From Vulcanimicrobiaceae bacterium (GTDB lineage Bacteria; Vulcanimicrobiota; Vulcanimicrobiia; Vulcanimicrobiales; Vulcanimicrobiaceae), in NCBI GenBank assembly GCA_046262595.1, contig JBHEMM010000008.1:6231-43427 (forward strand): a stretch of 37,197 bases of DNA, written 5' to 3'. Made by a program: the position numbers and the translations under genes. Positions 8,573-16,710 of this stretch are shown here, in pieces. Each line of letters opens with the position of its first letter. The stretch's first letter is position 1. The notes beneath the pieces are model-generated. The model saw only the letters and a program-made list of their open reading frames with translations. It was not told where the DNA came from and did no database searches.

Positions 8573-9754
8573 CTAGCGGCGGCGGCTGCGCGAGCGGTAC
8601 ACCACGCGCGGCTTGGGCGCTTCCAACTTCGCGTCCGGGAAGAGCGGGTTTTTGCGGCGTTCCAATTTCTTGCCAAGGCCGTACTCGATGATCCGGATCA
8701 GCGGCTCTTCTTCCGACGAGACGAACGTGATCGCATCTCCGGTCGAATTGGCGCGCGCCGTGCGGCCGATGCGGTGCAGATAATCTTCGGCGGCGTGCGG
8801 CACGTCGAAGTTGACGACGTGGCCCAACTCCTGAATGTCGATGCCGCGCGCCGCGATGTCGGTCGCAACCAAAACGCGGTGTTTGCCGCGCTTGAAGTTT
8901 TCGAGCGCGCGGGTGCGCTGCGCTTGGGTGCGGTCGCCATGGATCAGATCCGCCGAGATATTGTTTTTCTGCAGGGCGGCAAGCAGGCGGTTCGCGCGCG
9001 ACTTCGTGCGCGTGAACGCGATCGCTGAGTACAGCGAAGGATCTTTGAGCAGTTCGATCAGCAGATCCGTCTTGTGCTCTTGCGGTACCGCGTACAACGT
9101 TTGCGTAACGCCGTCGACGGCCGCCGCTTTAGCGGCAAGCTCGACGCGCACGGGATCGACGAGCATCTCGCGGACGAGCGCGGCGATTGCCGGCGGCAGC
9201 GTTGCGGAGAAAAAGAGCGTTTGCTTCAGCGCGGGCACCTTGTGAACGATGCGCCGCACATCCGGTAGAAATCCCATGTCCAGCATGCGATCCGCTTCGT
9301 CGAGCACGAGCATCGTGATGTTGCTCAGGTTCGCCGTACGCTGCGAGAGATGATCGAGCAGCCGTCCGGGCGTTGCAACGACGATCTCCGCGCCGCGTTT
9401 GAACGACATCGCCTGCGGTCCGAAGCCGACGCCGCCGTAAACTGCCGCGACGCGCAGGTCGGTATGCTTCGCGAGCAGCGCAATATGCTTGGCGATTTGG
9501 TCGGCCAATTCGCGTGTCGGCGCTAAGATCAGCGCGCGTGTTTTACCTCGCGGCAACTTGAGCAGCGCATTCAGAATCGGTAGTCCGAATGCCGCAGATT
9601 TGCCGCTGCCCGTTTCGGCGCTCGCCAAAACGTCGCGGCCTTGAAGCGCGGGCGGGATGGACGCAACCTGAATGGGTGTGGGCTCAACGAAGCCCAAATC
9701 GCGCACGCCGCTTAAGAGCGACGGCTCTAAGCCGAGGTTTTCGAAGGTTGAAAT
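8573..9754 (-). CDS. DEAD-box RNA helicase (RhlE-like); probable ATT start
   Basis: Q motif (FENLGL...PTPIQ), AETGSGKS, PTRELA, DEAD, SAT, ARGID, HRIGRTAR; N-terminal conserved residues extend upstream of GTG 9706 to ATT 9754. Confidence 0.93.
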   Translation of the reverse strand: MSTFENLGLEPSLLSGVRDLGFVEPTPIQVASIPPALQGRDVLASAETGSGKSAAFGLPILNALLKLPRGKTRALILAPTRELADQIAKHIALLAKHTDLRVAAVYGGVGFGPQAMSFKRGAEIVVATPGRLLDHLSQRTANLSNITMLVLDEADRMLDMGFLPDVRRIVHKVPALKQTLFFSATLPPAIAALVREMLVDPVRVELAAKAAAVDGVTQTLYAVPQEHKTDLLIELLKDPSLYSAIAFTRTKSRANRLLAALQKNNISADLIHGDRTQAQRTRALENFKRGKHRVLVATDIAARGIDIQELGHVVNFDVPHAAEDYLHRIGRTARANSTGDAITFVSSEEEPLIRIIEYGLGKKLERRKNPLFPDAKLEAPKPRVVYRSRSRRR

Positions 9755-9819
9755 AACGCGTATCTTTCCGTGGTGTGCGCGTTACAATCGCATTCGAAAG
9801 ACCGCGCGGAGGAGGCTTT

Positions 9820-9849
9820 ACTATCGCACGCGGCGTGCGTAGGCGTCAA
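9820..9849 (-). promoter_or_regulatory. Putative sigma70 promoter of the helicase
   Basis: TTGACG-N18-GATAGT with upstream TG. Confidence 0.5.
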
Positions 9850-9945
9850 ATGGAAAGGTCGTACCGCCGGCCGTAACCCTGGCAACCTCTTTATCGCAGG
9901 CCGCCGGGCGGTATCCCGAGGCGCGTTGCGGGTACAAAAGGCGGC

Positions 9946-10434
9946 ATGAATATTCGTAACACCGTTCGATTCATGGCACTTGCATCGCTTTTTGCTTGCC
10001 TGCCGTTTACGGCCGGCGCAAAGCCGCACGTACAGCGGTCGCCCGCGCACCCGGCGCTTGTCATCATTCGCATCGACTTGGATTTCCGTCCGCATACCCG
10101 CTCGAGCTTCGGTAAACTCAAAGGCTACGATCCGGCTGAAGTGCACGTGCACATGGGCGATAAAATCCAGTTCGTGAATACCGACGACGAACTCCACACC
10201 GCGACGGGGATGTCGTATTCGGGGCAAACGGCGCCGGCGAACTACAAGTTCGCGGGCGACTTCACCAAGCAGCACGGCCGGATCATCGACGCTTCGGAAT
10301 GGAGCACGGGCAACGTGCGCGCGCATGGCGGCAAATCGCAAGTCTTCATCGCCAAGCGCGTCGGACATTACTTTTACGCGTGCGGCTACCATTTAGGCGT
10401 CGGGCAAATCGGCGTGATCGTCGTCGGGCCGTAG
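9946..10434 (+). CDS. Exported cupredoxin (plastocyanin/azurin-like)
   Basis: Signal peptide; YDPAEVHVHMGDKIQFVN, HTAT, YACGYHLGVGQIGVIVV. Confidence 0.85.
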   Translation: MNIRNTVRFMALASLFACLPFTAGAKPHVQRSPAHPALVIIRIDLDFRPHTRSSFGKLKGYDPAEVHVHMGDKIQFVNTDDELHTATGMSYSGQTAPANYKFAGDFTKQHGRIIDASEWSTGNVRAHGGKSQVFIAKRVGHYFYACGYHLGVGQIGVIVVGP

Positions 10435-10438
10435 GGAA

Positions 10439-12310
10439 TTACGCTAAGGAAACGGGCAACACCGCGCTGACCCGGTTGCCCGTTCCGTCGTGCTCGATCT
10501 TGAAGCCGTTGGACATGGTGCGCACCAGGAACAGGCCGCGTCCGCTCTCCGAGAGCAGATCCGCGCCGCTGTTCGAAAACTCGAAGGGCCCGCCGGAATC
10601 GGAAACGCGCAAGATCGCTTGGCCGTTATCGTAGTCCAGCGCCACTTCAGCCGGGCCCGGCGTGTGCCGCGCGACGTTCCCGATAAGCTCGCCGAGAATG
10701 AGTTCTACGGCCGAAAGATCGCTTTGCGGAGCAACGAGTTCGCCTAGGTGCCACAAGAGCGCGCGTTTGACGCGCCGGCTCGATGATTCTTCGCGCGCGT
10801 CCAGCGTCCACACGCGTCCGGCGGGCGCCGTTGAGAGAGCGCCGAGTTTCGTCACGCCGATAAAGAGCAGCGCCGCGTCGTCGTGAGGGCGCGCGTTGCG
10901 AAGAACCCGGTTTTGTATCGCTTCGGCAATGTTGTCGGAGGGTTCGAAGAACTCGGCGCGCGACGCCTGCGTGAGGCGGGCTTGCCCATCGAAGTAATCC
11001 CGGTTGATTTCAATGACGCCGTCGGTGTAGACGACGAGCGCCCACCCTTCGCGCAACTCCGTGCTGTATTCGTCGAAACTGGCACGCACGTCGGCGCCGA
11101 GCATGAAACCGCGTCCCTCCAAAAACGCCGTTTCGCCGTCTGGCGAAATCGTCAACGGCGGCGGATGGCCGGCCATGCCGTACGTGAGCGCGCCGGTTGC
11201 GACGTCGAACGTCGCGACGAATGCCGTGACCACCGTTTCGGGTTCATCCGCGCACAGCACGCGGTTAAGGTTGGCCAAGACGGCGGCGGGCGACGGATCG
11301 ATGCGTGCCGCCGCGCGTACTGCCAAACGCGCGCCGGCCATCAGCGCTGCCGCGCGCAGCCCGTGTCCTGCGACGTCGCCTACGCTGATGCAAAGCGTGC
11401 GATCCGAGATGGCGAACACGTCGTACCAATCGCCGCCAACCTCGGCGTCTTCCGCTGCCGGCGTGTACGCAGAGTCGATGCGTACGCCTTCCATTTTCGG
11501 GAGCGTTTGCGGCAGGAGCACGCGCTGCAGCGTCGAGGCGATGTGATGCTCGCGCGCGATGCGCGCCGTCATTGCCTGATACACCTTGTCCAAATCCGCA
11601 AACTCGTCGTTGCCGCCGAGCGGGACGACCGTTTGGCCCAGCGCCGCGCGCTCCGCGTTTTCCGCTAAACGCTGCAGCCGTTCGGCAATGCCGATGCCGA
11701 AGCGGCCCGAAACCATCAGCGTGAGTAAAATTCCGGCAACACAGGTGAAAATGAGCGCATATTCGTAGCGCAAAATGCCTGCGCGCAAAGCGCCGATCTG
11801 CGAAAGCTCGAACGATCGCTGTGCGCTCGTGAAGTCGCTCTGCGCCGCTGCAAGCTGCACCGAGAGGGCTCGCGTCGCGCGCGCGTTCGAAATGGCACGC
11901 GCGGTTTGCGGGTGGCCGGATCGCAACGCTCGCGTGTACCGTTCCAGAACCTCGAAGCCGCCGGCAACAAGCCCACGCAGCCGCCGCACGCGGGCGGTCA
12001 TTCCCGGCTCGGCGCCGGCCGCGCTTTGCAGTTGATCCAGCGCGGCGGGCATGGCGCGGTGCGCATCCTCAAGGGCGGCGATCTTCTTGAGATCGTTCGA
12101 GCCCGCATAACTGACCGCAGCCCGGCTCGCCTGGTTCAGCAGTTCGTGCACGCGATCGTCGCGCGCAACGATCGTTTGCGAACGCTGCTCGTATTCGGAG
12201 CCGCGAAGACTGGTCTGCTGCACGAGCAGCGCCAATCCGAACACCCCGAGCAGGAAGAGCAGCGGCAGCGCGCTTACAAGATAGGCCTGCGTCCGAACTC
12301 GCGGGTGCAT
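10439..12310 (-). CDS. Membrane sensor: periplasmic domain-HAMP-SpoIIE (PP2C) phosphatase-HATPase (RsbW-like)
   Basis: Two TM segments, LQRVLLP, EVGGDWYD, GDVAGHG, YTDGV, DDAALL, ELIGNVARH, VSDSG, ESGRGLFLV; start uncertain (12310 or slightly upstream). Confidence 0.88.
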   Translation of the reverse strand: MHPRVRTQAYLVSALPLLFLLGVFGLALLVQQTSLRGSEYEQRSQTIVARDDRVHELLNQASRAAVSYAGSNDLKKIAALEDAHRAMPAALDQLQSAAGAEPGMTARVRRLRGLVAGGFEVLERYTRALRSGHPQTARAISNARATRALSVQLAAAQSDFTSAQRSFELSQIGALRAGILRYEYALIFTCVAGILLTLMVSGRFGIGIAERLQRLAENAERAALGQTVVPLGGNDEFADLDKVYQAMTARIAREHHIASTLQRVLLPQTLPKMEGVRIDSAYTPAAEDAEVGGDWYDVFAISDRTLCISVGDVAGHGLRAAALMAGARLAVRAAARIDPSPAAVLANLNRVLCADEPETVVTAFVATFDVATGALTYGMAGHPPPLTISPDGETAFLEGRGFMLGADVRASFDEYSTELREGWALVVYTDGVIEINRDYFDGQARLTQASRAEFFEPSDNIAEAIQNRVLRNARPHDDAALLFIGVTKLGALSTAPAGRVWTLDAREESSSRRVKRALLWHLGELVAPQSDLSAVELILGELIGNVARHTPGPAEVALDYDNGQAILRVSDSGGPFEFSNSGADLLSESGRGLFLVRTMSNGFKIEHDGTGNRVSAVLPVSLA

Positions 12311-12383
12311 TCGTGCGCGCTGTTCGATGCGGCGTTTTCGCATTCCCAGGCAATTTCTCAGGTGCGCACGGCAGAATGCATGG

Positions 12384-12956
12384 ATGATCCTTTTACGCGG
12401 GCTCTTGGCAGGGGCGCTTTTGGTTCTCGGACTGTTTGCGATCGGCGGCTTCGCCGCCGTCAAAACCGGTGCCATCCCGGCAAACGCGGATGCGCCGCCG
12501 CCTCATATCGAACGGTGGGCCGCGAAGACCTCGCTGCACGCACTGCTCGCGCGCGTCCCCGCGCAAAGCAACCCGCTTCCGGGGACCGACGCCAATCTCA
12601 GCGCGGGAGTCAAACTGTACGGTCAAAACTGCGCCGTCTGCCACGGAGACCGCTCGGCAAGGCCGACGAACATCGCGCGGGGCTTGTATGTGCGCGCGCC
12701 GCAGCTCGCGCGCTTCGGCGTCGAGGACGATCCCGACGCCGTGACCTACTGGAAGATCGCGCATGGGTTGCGCTGGACCGGAATGCCGGCCTTCGGCGCG
12801 TCGCTCAGCGTTCGGGAATTGTGGCAGCTTACCGCCTTTTTAAAAACGATGGACCACTTGCCGCCGGGAGCCGAAAAACTGTGGCGCCGCATGCGCGTCG
12901 ATGTGAGCGCTACCGCGCCGTGGCCGCCGAAAATTTCGCCACAAACGCGTACGTAG
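12384..12956 (+). CDS. Monoheme cytochrome c, membrane-anchored
   Basis: N-terminal TM, CAVCHG heme motif, WKIAHGLRWTGMPAF with distal Met. Confidence 0.88.
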   Translation: MILLRGLLAGALLVLGLFAIGGFAAVKTGAIPANADAPPPHIERWAAKTSLHALLARVPAQSNPLPGTDANLSAGVKLYGQNCAVCHGDRSARPTNIARGLYVRAPQLARFGVEDDPDAVTYWKIAHGLRWTGMPAFGASLSVRELWQLTAFLKTMDHLPPGAEKLWRRMRVDVSATAPWPPKISPQTRT

Positions 12957-13229
12957 CGTTCGTTTGATCGACGGCGCCGCCGTCGATATCGCCGTTGCGC
13001 AGCGTTCCCTGCACGTGCAGAATGTGGTCCGAACCGATGTGGAACCAAATGGCGCTGTAATCCGCCGGAAAATAATAACCGGTGAGGTTCCGTCGCTCGC
13101 GACGTTCAAATCCCACGAACCCGAGTAGCGTGTGCTTTCTTCCAGCGCCGTGAGTGTCGTCGAGAAGTGCAGGACGGTGCTGTGTGCGAGCCGCGGAAGC
13201 GCGGCGCACGCTTTTGCGACCGTCCGCAT
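12910..13229 (-). pseudogene. Frameshifted hypothetical beta-rich protein
   Basis: Frame A ...RYSGSWDLNVASDGT continues plausibly into frame B LTGYYFPADYSAIWFHIG...LHVQGTLRNGDIDGGA if one base is restored near 13087. Confidence 0.5.
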
Positions 13230-13262
13230 GGAAAACACCGCCGGACGAGAAGCTTCCGGGGG

Positions 13263-14189
13263 ATGGTGAGCGAATATCCGACCGATCTGCGCGGCCTCCC
13301 GGTCTGGGAGCGCGCAGGCCTCGTGCTGGGACGGGCCGACAACCTTGAGACGGGGGCGCAATACGAGTTTCTAACGGAGGTCGATCCGCGCGCGCTGATC
13401 AGCCGCCTGGAGCAGCTGCGACCCGGATCGTTCGCATACACGGCGCGGCAAGTCGGCGAGGGGCATTGGCACGTGACCTTACGCCGCACCGTGGCGGCGC
13501 GTTCTGACGGCGTTCCGGCCACGTTCGTTCGTACGCCGCTGCTCGCGCTGTTGGGCGACGAGTCGCGCCGCGAACTCATTGCAGGCGCAACGCAGATCGA
13601 TCTGCGCAAAGGACAGGTTGCTTGCGAAGCAAACCACGCGCGCGAATGGTTCGGCGCGGTGACGGATGGGGTCCTTGGAATATTCGCGGGCGCGGGAACG
13701 CGAGAGCGCCTTCTGTTTTACGTGCACGCCGGAGAAGCGCTCGGGGCGGCGGAGTTATTGGACTGCGGACTTTCATTCGGCCGCACGATCGCGCTCTCGC
13801 GCACGGCGCGCGTGCTCAAAATACCCATGGCCGCGATGCGCAAGCGTCTCGCCTGCGAGCCGGCCTTCGTACGCGCACTCGGCGTTGTCTGCGCGCAGCA
13901 CGTGCGCGCGCTCGCGGGCGCGCTTTCCGATCAAGTGCGCCAACCGATCCTCTCGCGCGTCGCGATCGCGCTCCTGCCTTACGCAGCGCCCGAGCGCGGA
14001 CTGCATCCCGCGCTTCCTCCGCTTGCATCCATGACGCAGTCGCACCTTGCCGCCGCTGCCGGCACCGTCAAAGAGGTTGCGGCTCGAGCGATTGCCGACC
14101 TGGAACGCGCCGCGGCGCTGCGGCGCGAGCGCGGCCACATTGCCTACCTCGATCGCTCTAAGCTGCTCGAGATCGTCGATCACGGCTGA
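13263..14189 (+). CDS. Crp/Fnr-family regulator with N-terminal DUF2249-like domain
   Basis: DLRGLPVWER...DPRAL...GHWHVTL N-domain; cNMP-type domain; HTH MTQSHLAAAAGTVKEVAARAIADL. Confidence 0.85.
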   Translation: MVSEYPTDLRGLPVWERAGLVLGRADNLETGAQYEFLTEVDPRALISRLEQLRPGSFAYTARQVGEGHWHVTLRRTVAARSDGVPATFVRTPLLALLGDESRRELIAGATQIDLRKGQVACEANHAREWFGAVTDGVLGIFAGAGTRERLLFYVHAGEALGAAELLDCGLSFGRTIALSRTARVLKIPMAAMRKRLACEPAFVRALGVVCAQHVRALAGALSDQVRQPILSRVAIALLPYAAPERGLHPALPPLASMTQSHLAAAAGTVKEVAARAIADLERAAALRRERGHIAYLDRSKLLEIVDHG

Positions 14190-14904
14190 GCCCTTCCCAG
14201 AAGATCTCGACCGCATCCAGCACGGCGGTGCCCGCACGTAAAAACTTCTCCCCGTCGAAGCCGGGCTGCGCGAACACCGTAGTCAGTTCGTCGTGCGTGT
14301 GCGTCGCATGCTGCTCTTCGAGCTGATCGTGCCACACCCAAAAGCCCAGGGGCAGGTCCGGCATGCGCTGCCCTTTGACGCGCCGTAGACCCGAGATCAA
14401 TTGTTTCCAAAACCCCGCCGCCGCCCAGTTCTCGATCGCGTGCGATGCGCCGGTGCTCTCGGATGTGTCGCGCGATGCGTACCAGCTCATCAGCGCATCG
14501 CAAAAGGCCAGAGTCGGCGGCGTTCCCAATTCGCGTTTACCGATTTCGTGAAATTCCAGACCGAAGTGCCCGGCAAACGCGGCGAGCCATTCAAAATGCG
14601 CCGCATGAAAGCGGAACGTCCCCTGGTCGACGCTCCCCGACGGTGCGAACGTCACGCCCAGTTCGTTCATCAAAATCTCCTTGCCGGCGCGGTACGACGC
14701 GAGATCGCGAGCGTTGATGCATTTACGCAGCTGCGCCTCGATGAAAAGGTGGCTGAAGACGGAAAACTGCACGGCGAAATGCCGCAGCTCTTCGAACGAC
14801 GCCTCGCCCCGCGCAAACCACGACGTATACGGGTTCATGCGGACGATCGGGTGATCTTCCAAATGCGTTGCGACGGCTTTTTTGAACGACTCGAGTGAAT
14901 CCAT
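14158..14904 (-). CDS. Heme-oxygenase-like diiron oxidase (HDO; TenA/PqqC/CADD-like fold), function unknown
   Basis: HP near N-terminus, NELG...AHFEW, AIENW, WHDQLEEQH (HxxxExxH) metal-ligand pattern; GGAG RBS before ATG 14904. Confidence 0.8.
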   Translation of the reverse strand: MDSLESFKKAVATHLEDHPIVRMNPYTSWFARGEASFEELRHFAVQFSVFSHLFIEAQLRKCINARDLASYRAGKEILMNELGVTFAPSGSVDQGTFRFHAAHFEWLAAFAGHFGLEFHEIGKRELGTPPTLAFCDALMSWYASRDTSESTGASHAIENWAAAGFWKQLISGLRRVKGQRMPDLPLGFWVWHDQLEEQHATHTHDELTTVFAQPGFDGEKFLRAGTAVLDAVEIFWEGLSRDRRSRAA

Positions 14905-14918
14905 GAATGACTCCGTTA

Positions 14919-14958
14919 GAAAGAAAAAACCGCCCCGGCTTTCGGCCGGAGCGGTTTT
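14919..14958 (-). terminator. Intrinsic terminator/attenuator in the 5' leader of the HDO gene
   Basis: AAAACCGCTCCGGC-CGAAA-GCCGGGGCGGTTTT stem followed by TTCTTTC, just upstream of the RBS. Confidence 0.85.
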
Positions 14959-14983
14959 GCACATCTGCAGCGATTCTACTCGC

Positions 14984-15061
14984 TTAGGGCAAACACCGAA
15001 ACAGCCGGCTCGAAGTGGAGCGGCCGTAATAAGACGAGGTTGCGCTAAGCAAGAGATGCAT
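14984..15061 (-). CDS. Putative 25-aa leader peptide MHLLLSATSSYYGRSTSSRLFRCLP
   Basis: ATG a few nt after the predicted TSS; overlaps alternative hairpins upstream of the terminator. Confidence 0.5.
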   Translation of the reverse strand: MHLLLSATSSYYGRSTSSRLFRCLP

Positions 15062-15071
15062 GTTGGAAGCG

Positions 15072-15100
15072 ATAGTATCACGGCATGAGGTGAGGGTCAA
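15072..15100 (-). promoter_or_regulatory. sigma70 promoter for leader/HDO transcript
   Basis: TTGACC-N17-TACTAT with extended -10 TG. Confidence 0.75.
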
Positions 15101-15454
15101 GTGAACATTTTTAGAAAATGGCTGCGCGTCGAGCGGCCTGCCGGCGTGGCGCCATACGCAGCACGTGCGGTCGAGTTGCCGGTGCCGGCACATGAAGTCT
15201 TAACGCTGTGCGAGTCGGCCGTGCGCGACGTGCTGGGCGGCACTATCGCGCAGAGCGAGCCGCAAAACGGATTTCTGGAAGCGCGCTTCGGTCTGGTGGA
15301 TTCCGAGCGGCTGACGATCACGGTCGAGGCAGCCGGCCCGCAGCTGACGCGCGTGCGCGTGCAGGCGCGGCGCGGCGTCTGCACGCAGACGCCCGGCGGC
15401 TCGCGCTATGCGGACGCCCTGTGCGCTTATCTGATGAAGTCGTCGCCGAAGTAA
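15101..15454 (+). CDS. Hypothetical protein
   Basis: 117-aa ORF, GTG start with GAGG upstream; alpha/beta-like pattern; no family recognised. Confidence 0.6.
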   Translation: MNIFRKWLRVERPAGVAPYAARAVELPVPAHEVLTLCESAVRDVLGGTIAQSEPQNGFLEARFGLVDSERLTITVEAAGPQLTRVRVQARRGVCTQTPGGSRYADALCAYLMKSSPK

Positions 15455-16710
15455 CGCTGCAGCGCCTGCGGCACGGCGATCGCGCCGTCCGCCTGCTGAT
15501 AGTTCTCCATGATCGCCAGCAGCGTTCTGCCGACCGCAAGCGCCGAGCCGTTGAGCGTGTGCACCAATTCCGGTTTCGCTTTCGGCTCGCGCCGGAAGCG
15601 CACGGCGCCGCGCCGCGACTGAAAATCCGTGTCGTTGGAACACGAACTGATCTCGCGGTAACGGTTCGCACTCGGAAGCCACACTTCGAGATCGTAAGTC
15701 TTGGCCGCATTGAAACCGGTATCGCCGGCGCATAGCGCGACGGTGCGGTAAGGCAGATCCAGCTCTTCCAGAAGCGCTCCGGCCTCGCTGGTGAGCGTTT
15801 CGAGCGCTTCGGACGAGGCTTCGGGCAGCGTGTACTGCACGAGCTCCACTTTTTCGAATTGGTGCTGGCGCATCAAGCCGCGCGTGTCTTTACCCGCCGC
15901 GCCGGCTTCTTTGCGGAAACACGGCGTGTATGCCGTGTACTTGAGCGGCAGCTCGCGCACGTCCAATATCTCGCCGCCGTGCATTCCGGCGAGCGGCACT
16001 TCGGACGTCGGGATGAGAAACAGATCCCCGTCGGGATCGCGGAACATCGCGTCGGAGAACTTCGTGAGCTGCCCCGTCGACCACATCGTTTCACGCGAGA
16101 CCAGCATCGGCGGAATCACTTCCGTGTAGCCGCGTTCGTTCGCGCGGTCCAGGAAGAATTGCACGATCGCCCGCGAGAGCCGCGCGCCGGCGCCTTTCAC
16201 GATCGAGAAACGGCTGCCCGAGAGTTTGGCGGCGCGCTGGAAGTCCAGAATGCCCAGGCGTTCGCCCAGTTCCCAATGGGGTAGCGGCTCGAAGCCGAAC
16301 GCGCGCGGCTCGCCGTGAGCGCGCAGGGTCACGTTCGCGCTTTCGTCCGATCCTTGCGGAACGGAATCATCGAGCACGTTGGGCGATTGCACGAGCAGTT
16401 CACGAAGCGGTGATCCGGGCGAATCCAGTGCAAGCAGTGAGGCTTGCTCCTGCGCGGCGGCGATGCGCGCGGAGAGGGTTTCAAGTTCGGCGCGCAGATT
16501 TTTTGCGGCTGTCGCCTTGTCCGCAGCTTGGGCGATCCCGGCGGAGATGCGGTTTTTCTCGGCCTTCGCCGCTTCAAGCTCGGTGAGGGCTGAGCGGTAC
16601 TGCGCATCCAAACGCAGAACCTCAGCGACGAACGACGGGTCGTGGCCGCGGCGCTCTGCGCTGCGGCGGACACGATCGGGATCGCTACGGATCAAAGCAA
16701 GATCGAGCAT
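15427..16710 (-). CDS. serS: Serine--tRNA ligase
   Basis: MLDLALIR start, LIPTSEV, FRKEAG...RGLMRQHQFEKVE, EISSCSN, HTLNGSALAVGR. Confidence 0.98.
   Translation of the reverse strand: MLDLALIRSDPDRVRRSAERRGHDPSFVAEVLRLDAQYRSALTELEAAKAEKNRISAGIAQAADKATAAKNLRAELETLSARIAAAQEQASLLALDSPGSPLRELLVQSPNVLDDSVPQGSDESANVTLRAHGEPRAFGFEPLPHWELGERLGILDFQRAAKLSGSRFSIVKGAGARLSRAIVQFFLDRANERGYTEVIPPMLVSRETMWSTGQLTKFSDAMFRDPDGDLFLIPTSEVPLAGMHGGEILDVRELPLKYTAYTPCFRKEAGAAGKDTRGLMRQHQFEKVELVQYTLPEASSEALETLTSEAGALLEELDLPYRTVALCAGDTGFNAAKTYDLEVWLPSANRYREISSCSNDTDFQSRRGAVRFRREPKAKPELVHTLNGSALAVGRTLLAIMENYQQADGAIAVPQALQRYFGDDFIR

Noticed and set aside
14960..15065. Possible 6S RNA or T-box in the HDO leader
   Set aside because: Too short for typical 6S RNA; no T-box consensus (AAGGTGGTACC-like) seen; the attenuator model fits better
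16379..16708. N-terminal extensions of ORF-track calls (moeA 16379, tilS 20576, M16 23812, mpg 32924, HDO 15081)
   Set aside because: They overlap neighbouring genes or regulatory regions; family similarity begins at downstream starts
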